Under the pieces are notes generated by a model, which did not search any database, had not been told where the DNA came from, and saw only the letters and a list, made by a program, of their open reading frames with translations. The position numbers were made by a program, and so were the translations under genes. DNA of 64,000 nucleotides, taken from NCBI RefSeq assembly GCF_009914755.1, contig NC_060926.1, one strand, 5' to 3'. Positions 1-12,864 of this stretch are shown one piece after another (within the stretch, counting starts at the first letter, position 1; every line of letters starts with the position of its first letter). The DNA is from the human T2T-CHM13v2.0 reference genome, Homo sapiens.

Positions 1-3000
1 TGGGCTAGGAGGAATTAAAATAGCAAGACAGGGATTTAGATTTAGGGTTAAAGTAATAGATGAGGCACCGTGAATGAGAATGACACAGGCAACAGGTTTG
101 AAATTCACCTTCCAAAAGGAGGCTCTAGTTTGTTTAATGACACAGATCTAAATAAAAGTCAGTTTTCCAGTGGGGGACTGTGAGGGCAAGAAAAAGATGT
201 TTATGCAGAGTTCCTCAATTTTTTATATTCTTTTAGCTTGAATTTATTATTGGTTCTTGGAATTGGAACTGGCTTAAACCACAGGTGAAATATCAAGAAA
301 GCCCAGCTGAGAGGAAGCTTTGGAACTTTGCAGGGTCTAATAAAAACCACCTAGAGAAATGAGGTTACCTCAGGTGCCCTCACTTGCAGAGTGACAATGC
401 TACCAGATAAGGTGCAGATGAGAAACTTTGAGCCCTAGTAACAACTAAGATTATGATTCCAGACTCAGCTGGGGCTACCAGACACAAGAAACGTGTAGTC
501 GTTTGAGTGCAGCGGGATAAGCATAGTACAGGACTAATTTGTTCAGCTACTGTTGTAGCTTATTGCTAGTCTTTGGCAGATAGTAGTGCTCAATTGCTAT
601 AGATGTGGCCACTGATGCTACTACAGGGCTCTGTCTGACCTGTTTTTCTCTGAAATATTTCAGAAAGGTGAACATGAGCTCTAAGGCCAGAAATTAGTTC
701 TCTTTAAAGCTATATTCTTCCTCCTCAACCTATGTGTTTAATGATTATTTTTGAATCATTAAATTTCACAGGTGAAAATTCAGGAAACTCACTCAAAAGA
801 CCATGACAATGATGTGCCCTAGGAAAGAAAAAGAAATATTCCCATTAAAACTGGTCATTATGGTGATCTGCTGGAACCATAGAACCAAGATTCACATCCC
901 GTTTTACAGGGAATACCTAATAAAATCAAATGAATATGAATTCATATAACAAATATTTGACATCTGTGTTTTTCTCAACGATAGCAGGAAAAAAATTACA
1001 AATTATTCTCCGACTCCAAGATTTTATTTCCAATTTAGTTTACTTTTATAATAAAGTGTCGTGCAGTGAGGAAACATGGAAATATAGTGGAAATCTATAT
1101 GATATTCAGAAAAGTTTTTCTATTGGTCATGCATATTATACAAATCAATAAATATACAAAAAGAATCACATTGATATTGTTTGTGGTTATAGTTGTGATA
1201 TTTACTTGCAATGAGATAGGGTAGAATTGCCAAGACATCTAATCCAAACAATTATCAATGATATCTTACTTTCGAATCTATGAGATTCTATTCATTTGAT
1301 GCTATTTAAATTACTATAACCTTAAGATATTTTAACTATTCAGTACTGTTGAGAAGAGGGTTATGAAGGATGTAGTGAATATTTCTAAACCAAAGTATTT
1401 CTTCTTTCTTTAGAATTGATTATAAATTGTTGTTTCATAAAGGTTAATATAATGTAAGGATAACTGTTCCCCTGACTAATAAATTAATCAGATCATTTTG
1501 ATAAGTCAGAATATTTTAAAGAAGTATTTGCATATATGTGCAGAAATATATTTCTACATGTTTTAACTGTCTCAATATTGCAACTCTGTAAATTTCAGTG
1601 AATATTTTAAAAAGATGGCTGGAATGATTTCAAAAGAAAAGACACATGGATATTATGTGGCCTAGGACAAAATAATTATGCTGCAGTGTTTAATCATGTC
1701 TAATATTCATGCTAATGACCTATTTTTAGATTAGTGAACAATTGAGAGTACATTGCCATTGTTTTATCAGCGTCTTGTTATAAAGAGGCAAAAGTTTTTT
1801 TGTTTTTTGTTTTTTTCAAGACAGACTGAAGTGACAGAATTTGGCATAACATACAAACTTCGACACTCTACTTGTTAGTAAGACTTCCTTTCATAACCCT
1901 ACTCCCACACATTTAAAATGTATTTTCTGATGCCCTTGACAATACGAAACAGCTTAAATATTCTGAAATCTGAAGGTGCAGTGTTAAGGCACATGCATTT
2001 TGAAAATAATAACAACTACAGGAAAAGAAAAAACCCTTCTAATGATGAGAGAGAAACTGAGTTTCTCAGATAGCATGCACTGTTTCTGGAAGATTTGACG
2101 TTCTTTCAGTGGAATTTCCAGCGACATGGAGTTTTCCTGGTACATCTATATATTTAATTAAAAGGAAGTTTATTCTAAACAAACACAGATGTTTATAGTT
2201 CTGCTTGACTGACAACATTTCTCTTTGCCAAATATTATTGTTTGGAGAGTCATTAAAGGTCTGACTAGAAACAACTCTACATTAAAAGGAGAGAATTGCA
2301 ATTTAGTTTGCAGTAATTAAATCACTTGATAGCAAGTGAGGCTGAAATGGAGCAATGAATGAATATTTTTTGGAAGCTACAACACAGCTTATCAGTGACC
2401 TAAGATGTCAGCATACGTTGTTCAAGTGAGTCAGGTATCTCTGTGCATATGCACTTATTTGCCGTTAGAAAATCAACCCAATTCAGTGTGTTTGACAGAA
2501 AAATACACTACGAGACAATAGGATCTTGACCCAATGAGCAGATTTTCTTATTTCAGCATATTCTAAGAGCATTCAAAATGCATTATGCCTTGAGAGAGGA
2601 ACATAATGTTTCTCATTGTACCAAGAAATGAACATAATGTTTCTCAAAATTGACCACGAAACCCCTTTCCCCCATAATGTTTCATAGTGTTGGTGGTTTG
2701 GGGGATTTGCTTCAGGATATTTTGCTTTGCAAGGTTGTTCAGGTGGTAAATCTAGTCTCTCTTTCTGACCCTTTGGAATGGATTGCCTCCCCTCCTCAAA
2801 CACAAATTGGCTCTTAAAACAAATTATCTGAACTATCAGCCTGTCTCGGTGGGCGCTTCCTTGTGTGTTTATTTTCTTCTTTGGCTTGTGATTGTTCCCC
2901 TGGTACTAAGTTTTAGACTCCATGAACTTTTTATAATAGCAGAATGGCAGATTAAGTGGAGGAACCTCTTCTCTCCCTACCGCTAGTACCTAAAATAATT

Positions 3001-5949
3001 TGGTCTGCATACTTAGCTTCTAACCCTCCACTGTGCTCTAAAGGAGTATTGCCTATTCATGCCTAGTTTGGGTGTTTTTATGACATAGAATAGAATAAAT
3101 TGAGGGAGACAGAGGAAATATAGTGGGAAGGAGATTAACAACAATACTAATAATAAAAATAATATTGCTTACTTTTCAAGGAGAGCTACTGTTTGTCAAG
3201 ACTATGTATAGTAAACAAAGCTGAAACTAAAGGAATAGACATAGAAAAGGCTGTCAAGTGGCAAAATAAAAAATTCATAAAGGCAAGAGGAAAGAAATAG
3301 AAAACCTTTGCTGGGTGAAGCAGCAGGAGATGATATAGTTAGGATTAGGCTTGAATAAAGTCTTTCAGACTACTAGAGAGATGTAAAATAATTTAGGGTG
3401 AGAGTAAAGGCAATTTTGAAAAGTGTCACTGTTAAGTATGAACTGGATATCCTCTAACTGTCTGTTTAGAGATACTAGGTAAAAACCCAGATGCCTTGTT
3501 AATTACTTTTAGCTACTGGTCTATGTTTTTATGAATGAATATAACCGTATGTAAGAATAATGCCACCAGGCACCTTGAGTTACGTTTAGGTTGTATTAGC
3601 TTCTTGCATTGGCCAACCTTCTGGACCTGTGGCTCAGCTTTTTGGATTTTAGTTTTCTAGAAGTTCCTTGCCCTACCCACTGTTTTGGTTTTGACAGTCC
3701 TTTCTGCCTTGAGTAAAAAATGTCTGTATGCTTTCAAAGTCCTGCCATTCCACAAGACACTACTCCTTATCCCTGGGTTCTTTCTTCCCACCATCTTTTC
3801 CTATCCCTAGTCATTGTGATAGGGTACTTAGTTAATTCCCTTCCCCTACCTCCTTCTGGGAATTTGGAGAAGTTCTTAGATGGTACTGAAGAATTGGTTT
3901 CCCTCTTTGAAGAATTGGGTTTGTTGATCCTGTCAATCTTTGTCCGCTCTGTGCCACAGTGTTTTTAGACCAAACAGATGAAGGTTGCAATGGCAGTTTC
4001 CTCATAGCAGAGGCTCAAGATGTCAATGCCTCATCTGAGACGTCTGTCAAGTCAGGGTTCCTGGGCATAGGAAGGGTAAAATTCTGAGAGTTATGCCTAT
4101 GAATATGTAGAGCCAAAAGTGGGAAATGAAAGAGAGGTTGGAAGGAGAGAGATCAGAAGCTGTGAGGCCCTGGATTGTGTAAAGTAGACCAAAGTGGGGA
4201 TCAAGGATAAGTGTGTGTGGATACTAAGACCTTTGCCCTAGCAGTCAACAGATTGGAGGGTGCCATGAAGTATGCAGAGGGCAGGTGAAGACATGTGTAG
4301 ATCATCCCTTTATGCAACCAGTGCTTGGAAGAATCTATATCCACCCCCTACCAGGTTGGATGTGCTGTGCCATCTGTAGAGAACTGTCAATAATATTGTA
4401 ACTATGCAAAGTTCAGATATCATATTTCAAAACCTTAAAAACATGTATTTTGTTGCACCAACCTAAGAAGGTTATTCTGTCTCCAATGCTCTGTGCCAAA
4501 TATTTGTTCTCATTTATGTATTACCTGAGCATGGCATGTCTCTATCAGTGCAACAATGCCTCTCTCCTCTAGGCACCCTGTGAGTTGGCAGCATGCCATG
4601 GTAATGCATCACATTTTATACCCTGTTCCAGCCTATTTGGCAAGAGAAAACTCAACAGGGTATCCTATTTATATATGCATCCTTGTTCTTTTTTTGTTAT
4701 TTTCTATGATTTCTTTTATTGCTATTCCAATTTGTTTTTCATAGACTGTTTGAAGGATTCCTGTTTAAGCATTTCGCTCCCACTAAGAAGAGTCTATAAA
4801 ATCCTTTGCAAATAGACATTTTTTCATGTCTAATCATTTAATCATTTTACATGTCTATTTGCAAATGGTTTTATACATAAAGAAACCTAAGAGGGATTCC
4901 CATTTAGGCTTGTTTATTGCTTATAAGACCATATAATTCTCTGTTTTCCTTTATTGTTTCTTAGGTATATTGTGACCGAAACTTAAAAAATTTTTGCATG
5001 CTAAAGTGTATAAATCTTATGATAATTATTTCATTGCTTTTATTATTATACTTTTTTAATACATTCTCTTCTTGTTAATTTTTTGTACACAGTCAAATTG
5101 AGTCTAATAACGATGTTAGATGGCATTCTGAAGAGAACTATTACATATTCATTTGTTTTTAAAATAGCACTGACTTTTTAATATAGCATAATTGAAGTTC
5201 ACATTTAATTTTCTATCAAACTATCATATAATCTATGTTTCACATTACCTTGATTTATAAGCAGGTATAATTTATTTTCCTTAGAATATAATTGTTCAGT
5301 GCCTTTACATCTTATGATTTATGTTTTTATTTACACAAAAGTTATTTATCACCATGTACTTTTTACATTTGAATATTTAAGCAAGAAAAAAATTCATGTA
5401 ATTTTCCAGAGGTTTCTTTCAGCTCAGCTGGCAGCAGGTACTTCGTTAGAATTTACGCCTAATCTAATGGAATTGTACACATGGAATGTACAACTTTTTC
5501 TTCCTTTATTTCTTACTGAACCTGATTAACAGACCACAGGGGGTGTTTTGAAAAATCTGAAGTTATTTGCTGCATTCTGTCTATAACACTGGAATATATG
5601 GAAATAGGGGTTGGTGGTGAGGATTTTTTCTTTAGCTTCAAATATTTAGGGAAGGCATATATTCTATTAAAAACACACAGTGAATTATTGACTATACACA
5701 CACATACAGGGTAATTTATAGATCTTTTATGTGGTTGTATCATACAGTTTGCTCTGCTAAGAGGTAGGCAGCATGTAGAAACTGCCTTATGCATTTTTTC
5801 AACTGACAAAGAACTAGCATAGTAGAAACTCGGAACACCTTTATAGTAAAATTAGCTAATCAATAAACTCTATCAATTTTAGGAGACGTAGTGAGCACTT
5901 GTTATTTTTTGGCTTCTCGTATTCCTCTACTTTTCTGTTAACTTTATCT

Positions 5950-6442
5950 AGGTTAGCTCTGGGGACCACACTTAACCTCACACTCAGCTCCCTTGCTGAA
6001 TGAAGGGCTCTTCTCGGGGTCAGAAATAGAGCTTGTGACCTACATGTAAGTCAGTCAATACATCAATCAATCAATGAATTGAGTTTGTGACTTAAATAGG
6101 TAACATAAGACTGAACAAATCTTCTATCAGAAATCTTTAGGATGATACTCTTGTTATTATGCATGGACCTGAAGCTGAGAAACACTGTAGTAATCTTTGT
6201 GACCAAAGTGGGTGGGTAGGAGATTCTGTGGCACCTGAGGATGGAGATGCACAGCCAAAGGCAGAGCAGAGAGATGGAGAAAATCAAGTGCTAGGGATGC
6301 AATTACAATGTCTGCCTAAGCTTTAGAGCCAGCTGTATACTGAGACCTATTAGCTACATGAGAAAATGCATTCTCTATTTGCTTAAATTATTTTTAGTTG
6401 AGCTTTATGTTTTTTGCGACTGAAAGATTCTTCACTGATACC
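5950..6442 (+). mobile_element. Old MaLR LTR (MLT1J/K/L-like)
   Basis: The end 'ttgcttaaattatttttagttgagcttt...gcgactgaaagattcttcactgatac' resembles MLT1 LTR 3' termini. Internal 'ggcagagcagagagatggaga' is also typical. Boundaries are approximate. Confidence 0.5.
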
Positions 6443-6638
6443 AAGGGAAAATCACTAAGACTCCACCTTAGAAAAAACACACAAACTCACCTTTGTTCTC
6501 TCTTCTTCTCCAAGTATAAAATGGAATTTTACATCTCAACTGTTTAAGTAGTGGCAACCAAACTGTACCCGAACTATGCTCTCACTCAAGTACTCCTGAG
6601 AGAAGAGAGGAGAATAGAGACACAGAGCTCTAGAATAG

Positions 6639-6862
6639 TATGCTAGATCAAAAAGCGACACTCCAGACCTTCACTCCAAATCTTAGAATTATGCTGGATC
6701 AACCAGAGACCCTCCAGACCTCCACTCCAAATCACAAAATTATACTGGATCAACCAGAGACACTCTAGATCTCCACTCCAAATCTTAGAATTATGCTGGA
6801 TCAACCAGAGACACTCCAAATCTCAATATTATGCTGGATTAACTAGAGACACTCCAAATCTT
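6639..6862. repeat. Minisatellite: three 51-bp units plus two shorter units
   Basis: Units TATGCTGGATCAACCAGAGACACTCCAGACCTCCACTCCAAATCTTAGAAT start at 6639, 6690, 6741, 6792 (38 bp) and 6830 (partial). Confidence 0.9.
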
Positions 6863-7611
6863 CCTTTTGAAGGAAGAGTTCTGAGGGTAGGGGAAGTTTG
6901 AAAGTCACTGGTTTAGAGAGTGTTTTTATGCTTGAAACCAAGCAGGCAGTAGCAGTACTAAAGCTTATTTATATTACTCTGTTTTAAACAGCCTAACTCC
7001 ATCCAACACTACAGACTCACATGTCTATAATATTTATAATCTCTTCCCTTGATAAAAATGGCATTATTCGGTGGTAACTGAAATCACTCTACAGTTTATG
7101 ACATTTTTTAACTTTCATCATTCAGTGTGTTACTTTTTTTCACCCACTGAATAATGTAAATGCTTGCTACCCTTCACATAATTTTAATATGCATGATAGA
7201 CCCATTTCTTTAGCTAGTACTTTATTAATTAAGCCAAATTAAGCATTCACATTTATCCAGCGGTAGTTTAGCTTAATAGAAGAATCCATTAAATTCCTCA
7301 AAATTTTATAAATATTTAGACTTGCATTGAAATATTTTATTGATTACTAAAGGATCCAAGTCTGCCATCAACTTCCTGGTATCTTTCAATGAGACAGTTG
7401 TTATAAACAAGAAGGAGTATAATGTATATAAATGAGATTGTGCATTAAAAAAGTATTGCTTAGTGCTAGGCATACAACTCATTAGTCATCATCACAATCA
7501 TAACTTTTATCAACCATCACTACCTCTTTAAGATTATCAGCTGCAAAATTATTTACAATTAAATATTTAACAAATCTATCAGTAATTATTAAGATAGATT
7601 CCCACATTACG

Positions 7612-7735
7612 TTAAATTTTGTATTTGAAATAATTTTAGGCTTAAAGAAAATTGGCAAAAATAATATGGAAGGTTTCCATATACCTTTCAACCAGCACCA
7701 CCAATTAAGATAAATGTTCTAAATAATTTTCTCAT
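7612..7735 (-). mobile_element. L1M (L1MB/ME-type) 3' end fragment
   Basis: 'ttgaaataattttaggcttaaagaaaattggcaaaaataatatggaaggtttccatatacc' matches the reverse strand of old L1 3' UTR ends. Confidence 0.55.
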
Positions 7736-8664
7736 CAATATTTAAAGCCTATAAATCTAATCGCTAATTCCCATAAAACAAATCATGTCTATACAATTAT
7801 TTGGACATGCATATTAATTGTCTTAATAGCACAGTAGCCTAACGCAAAAATAGCACTAAAGCAAGTGGTTGATTATTTTTTGGCATAGCATTATAATCAA
7901 CTGAACTTTGTTTATAAATCTGAGTAATTATAAATTATAACTGGAAAAATATCTGAAGTAGAATTTTGGGGGAAAAAGGTTAATAATAGGACACATATAT
8001 TTATAACTGATTATAACAAGCAGAAAAAAAGGGGAAAAACCTATACTATAGAGAAAATATCTTAAATAAACAATATTTTCTTAACGCAGTTTTAAAAATT
8101 ATGGAACACATTGTCAATGAAATCTATTTTTTTTTCCTTGAAAAAGTATGCCCTTTCTTGGAGATCTAAAACACATTGGTAATGGAAAATGGGAATAGAT
8201 TCAAAGCTTTCTTTGGCTTCCCAATAGCTTTAAAATTCCGTAGTTGTTTCCATTGTTCTGAATACACTGAGACCAAGGATCACCTGCTATAGTCTCAAGA
8301 TGCTAATCTGCATTATTAAGTTTATTCTCATGATTCTGTGCATGTATGTGCTAATACAATAACTATGAATTGCATATACATTTCACTCACTTTCCAAAAA
8401 CCTGTTTGTTAACAGTAACCACAGGAACAGTTGTCTGGACATCTGTCCATGAGGAATTGGCTTGAAATGACTAACTCACTTCACAAAGAGCCACAAGAGC
8501 TCTTTGATTCTAATACTCTTTTCTCCCCATGGACTTGGGTCAAATGAAAGCCCTCATTACATTTCTCACAGGTTACAGTGTCAAAATACCTTGCTCTGTC
8601 TTAAAAACTGAAGTTTACACCTCTCTTTAATCAGCTCTTGGGATATTTATACAGTGCTAAATTA

Positions 8665-8907
8665 TTGCAGGAGTGGGTTAAATACCATGAGAGTGGGTTG
8701 TTACGAAGCAAGTCCAGATCCTAGTACCTCTCTGTCTTGCATAGTTACTTCCTCCCTTGCCATGAAGTCACCCTAACGAAATGCTGGCAACATTTTCTTG
8801 GATTTCACAGCTTCCAGAATCATGAACCAAATAAATTTCTTTTTTTTTTTTTTAAATAAACTACCCAAACTGTATCATGTTATGGCAGCAGCAGACAGAC
8901 CAAAACA
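8665..8907 (+). mobile_element. MaLR LTR fragment (MST-like)
   Basis: 'cttggatttcacagcttccagaatcatgaaccaaataaatttctt...aaactaccca...gttatggcagcagcagacagaccaaaaca' is a typical MST/MLT1A 3' half with a polyA signal. Confidence 0.7.
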
Positions 8908-9679
8908 GGTTATAATTAAATTTTCCTCTGGTCACTACAGGTTCCATAGTGGATTATGGACTGCCACCTGCACCTGACTTAGCAGTGTAGACTTATACTT
9001 TTGCTGATTCTCATTTCTTTTCGTGTGCTGACCCCTGATGCTGACTTCACAGTTATTCAGAAACTGTACTTTTAAAATTTACTTCTAGATAACACGAACT
9101 TGTCAAAAAGGAATTACCCTAACTTGTATAAAGCCCCAGACTCATTTCATATGTAATATATCTCTAGGATATCAGTCTATGTCACTCCCCAGTACTTTTT
9201 TGGTATAATTCAGGCCATTAACTAAATGTACTATTTAAAATAGGGCACACTTCAAGTTGCCTTTTCCTAACCCATACAGATTTTACATGGTTTGCTTAAT
9301 TTCAAGCCTTTATATATAATTGCTGGCAGGATGTCGTCAATTCCTGGGAATATAACAGGAAACACAACTGAAGTGGATGATAAACAATAGCAACAAAAAC
9401 AAATGTTATTTGGGAAGTAATCGTATTGGATGTTCTAAATACAAATGTGAAATCCAAGGCTTAAATGTAATTACTAATGTAAAGGTTTACATTGAAAGTC
9501 ACTGATAGGTTGGTTGAGGGAGCATTTGGTATAAAAATAAAAAATAAAAATCTACACGAGGGCTAAACCTTAAAGCCTCCCTGAAGAAGAATTTCTATAC
9601 TTCAGTATACATAGGAAATATTTGAGGGAATCATTAAAAATTCAGATCCTTTGGACCCATCTTCTATGTATAATAAAAA

Positions 9680-10260
9680 TTGCCCTTGTTAAATGAGAGA
9701 AATTTATTGAAAATTATGACTAATCAAAATAATGAAAGTTATGTAATTAATGAAATACTACTTTATGAGATTGGCGGTTATGGGGAAAATAAGATATCAT
9801 ATATTGCTGCAACATTTTTGAAAGACACTTTAGCAGAATTTATCAAATGACATCAAGAGTCCCATAATTTTTCATTTAATAATTCTGCGATTTGAATTTA
9901 GTCTAAATGTGTATATAAACATATACACAAGAATTTCAGTTTTACACTTGTATATTGTAGCATACATTTAAAATTAAATGTCTCACAAATATTAAATTAT
10001 GACAACCATGAAAAAATTACTATGTACTCGTAAGTGATTGTTTTTTACATGGGAAGATGTTTTGATTTGTGTTTTACATGGAAAGATGTTTATTGTGTTG
10101 AATGATCACTTATGATAGAAAGTAATATGCAATTTGTTATACCCATGAGACTATTTCTGGCTGTAAAGATACTGGATATTTTATCTATATCTTTTATTTG
10201 TATTTTTCCATACGTATGTTACCTATGTAAGTACAATATTTTTAATTTACAGAGAGTTAA
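9680..10260 (+). mobile_element. Degenerate L1ME-type 3' region
   Basis: Remnants such as 'catatattgctgcaacatttttgaaagacactttagcagaatttatcaaa' resemble the old L1 ORF2 C-terminus/3' UTR. Confidence 0.4.
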
Positions 10261-10427
10261 AAAACTGATGTTTCCCAGTTGGTAAAAAGGCAGAGAAATT
10301 GATAATCCACGTAGTTTGTTAATTCTGTCAATAGTTTTAGCCATATGTGTCAAAATTCTTGGGATTATTGGGTCTAATGAATTTCTTAGAAATAAAACCA
10401 AAGGAGATAGAGATTCAGAAAAAGATA

Positions 10428-10740
10428 AGGGAGTTTCAAAAGTTTGTGGAAAAATGGAATTAAAAGATAAAAATAAGAAATGTAAACTTTATTTCTCAAC
10501 ATAAACTCCATCAAGTTCAAGATACTTTTTTAAGCAATGACACCAGCCCTTTAGTGTATCCCTAAAGAAGAGAAGGCCATGGAAATTTAACCCTGTCAAG
10601 GCAGTCTTTTCTACATTATTAACTGAAGATAAATGGGTACCATTTAAAGACCTTTTTAAGATTATGAAAAAAAAAATAAGTCAGCAGGAGTCAAACAGGA
10701 CGGAAAACTTGATGCCTAATGATTTCTCCTCAAAACTCTC
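10428..10740 (-). mobile_element. HSMAR2 mariner DNA transposon, 3' terminal fragment
   Basis: A TA is followed by the TIR-like 'agggagtttcaaaagtttgtggaaaaatggaatt'. The reverse strand matches the HSMAR2 transposase C-terminal region ('gtatcttgaacttgatggagtttatgttgagaaataaagttt', 'gaaatcattaggcatc'). It breaks abruptly at 10740. Confidence 0.85.
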
Positions 10741-10746
10741 TGTGAT

Positions 10747-11215
10747 TTAATATAAGAAAAACCAATCACCTTTGAGCCACTATCACATCTGTGGTAAGTT
10801 GTGTACTACACAGTGACCAAATTACGAAGAAATTAGAGGATATGGGGGAAATGTAGGGGACTCATAAATATACATCTTTAGAAGTCTAACTGCCTAGAAA
10901 TTATCTAACAATGTGAAATTCCAAGGCCATGTGTCAAACTCAGAAGCAAGAATATTGCTATATTCACTTAAAATAGGTTTTCTTTCTTTTTGCACTATGC
11001 CAGCTATATGTGATTAACCATATAAAACAAATTGCTGTCAGTTTTGCTCAATGCAATTTTGTATTTATTGCATTTAGCTAAAATTCATCATCTAATTGAT
11101 AATGATAACACTTATTGAGTGAAAACATTATGCCTGGCACTCTTCTAAGCATTTTACATAAATTTATCTCATGCATCTTTAGGATGAATCTATAAGGTAG
11201 GATTTATTAGAGATA
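10747..11215. repeat. Left arm of local inverted duplication (partner 12865-13470)
   Basis: It is the reverse complement of 12865-13470, e.g. 'gtaggatttattagagata' vs 'tatctctaataaatcctac' and 'tatcacatctgtggtaagttgtgtactaca' vs 'tgtagtacacaacttaccacagatgtgata'. Confidence 0.97.
11100..11205 (-). mobile_element. MIR fragment (duplicated copy in left arm)
   Basis: 'aacacttattgagtg...tatgcctggcactcttctaagcattttacataaatttatctcatg' is the MIR 3' core on the reverse strand. Confidence 0.7.
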
Positions 11216-11216
11216 C

Positions 11217-12862
11217 TACTTTTCTGGTTCCTTGTCTTTTGGGTAGATTGTTTCATTGGAAAAATCTGGAACTCAAGGGCGGCTGTTCAGATTCTTTTGT
11301 CCCACAGGGTGATCCCTTGATGTAGTGCTCTCCCCCTACCCCTAAGAATGGAGCTTCCTGAGAGCCAGACTGCAGTGACTGTTATTGCTCTTCTGGGTCT
11401 AGCCACCCAGTATGGCTACCAGGCTCAGGGCTGGTGCTGGGGAATGCGTGCAAAGAGTCCTGTGATGTGATCCATCTTCAGGTCTCCCAGCTGTGGATAC
11501 CAGCACCTCTCTAGTGGAGGTGGCAGGGGAGTAAAGTGGGCTCTGTGGGGGCCCTTGGTTGTAGTTTTGTTTACTGTGCTGGTTTTCTTGAATGCTAGTT
11601 ATGTTAGCAGTGAAGTAGTCATGTGGACAGACTCAGAATCTCTAGTTAGCTAGGATGTTGCGGGAGATGGAATTAGCTATTGTTTTCTCCTTCTTTGGAG
11701 CCGGGTTGTTCTGTTATGAGTTGCTGTAACCACTTGAGTTACAGCACCAGCTGTGGTTGTAGAAGGGGGATATAACCTTGCCCTATATTAGCCTGGAAAA
11801 GTCTTCAGGTTTCTCATGCTATGGGCAGGGTCCTAGAGCTCCCTAGAGTTCATGTCTTTTGTCTTCAGCTACCAGGTTAGGTAGAGAGAAACTATCAGGT
11901 GGGGGCAGTGTTAGGAGGGTCTGAGCACAGGCATTCCTTGGGTGGAGCATGCTGTGACCAGTGTGGGGGCTGGGGGAGTGGTTCTCAGGCCACTGGGGTT
12001 ATGTTTTAAGGGGGATTATAGCTGCCTCTTCTTGCATCATACAGGTTGCTAGAGAAGTGGGGGAAAGCCAGCAGTGTCAGGACTCACCCAGCTCCCACAC
12101 AGCCTGCAAGGCCAATCTCACTCCCACTGTGCCCCAACAACAGCGCTGAGTTTATATCCAGGCAGCCAGTGTGCAGGGCTCACATCTTTCCCCGGGCTAC
12201 ACGCCTCCCCACTGAGAAAGTAAGCAGGGCTCTCAGGCCTTGCTCCTCCCTGCCTGTCCACATCATCAGCTCATCAGCTGTGGCTTCTGTGTTCATATCT
12301 GCACTTCCTGTTTGTCGCCCTTCCCCAGATGCTGCTAGGAAAATTCTTGTTCAGTCGAAATCATTGCAAAATTCAGGTAGAAGTTTCCTTCACCCTGTGG
12401 CTCCTCCCCAATTCTGCTGGCTGCCTTCCCCCAGGACCCCTGTGAGATAAAGCCAAGGATGACTTCCCTGGGCCTGAACTGGGGACTGAAAGTGCCTACA
12501 GGGATCTTTCCACTGTTTCTCCTACTTTTATATTTCACTCAGCTCCCTAAATCTGTTTCAGCTCTGGGTGAGGTTAAGTCCTTCTCCCATGTTCTGGAAT
12601 TTCAGGTTCCCCAGTGGTGATATGTGTTTGGAGGCAGACTTTTCCCCCTTCTCACACTTTGAGAACTCACGGTTTTTCAGCTGTCTCATGGAGTTTGCAG
12701 CGGCAAGCCACTTCTTTCAAAGGGTCTGTGAATCCTTTCAGTTTACTTGGCATGTTTCTACAGTTATTGGAGCAAAAATTCATGATGTGAGTCTCCATAC
12801 CTCATGCTGTTTGTCCAAGTGGGAGCTGCATGTTAATCCTGTCTCCTCTCTGCCATTTTCCT
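11217..12862 (-). mobile_element. L1PB-lineage 5' UTR only, truncated at the ORF1 start
   Basis: The reverse strand begins 'ggaaaatggcagagaggagacaggattaacatgcagctcccacttggac' (L1PB 5' end). It is homologous to 22208-23720 and ends at 'aaggaaccagaaaagta', the first ORF1 codons. Confidence 0.9.
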
Positions 12863-12864
12863 AA

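Noticed and set aside
2599-2682. Degenerate ~31-bp direct repeat (gaacataatgtttctca)
   Set aside because: It is an ordinary short slippage duplication with no further structure.
3720-3968. 82-aa ORF and its reverse frame as a possible exon
   Set aside because: There is no recognisable homology and no convincing pair of splice sites.
5532-5546. CTCF-like 'gaccacagggggtgt'
   Set aside because: It has several mismatches to the CCASYAGRKGGCRS core and is too weak to call.
6639-6862. Possible CRISPR-like array
   Set aside because: The units are contiguous with no unique spacers, there are no cas genes, and the context is eukaryotic.
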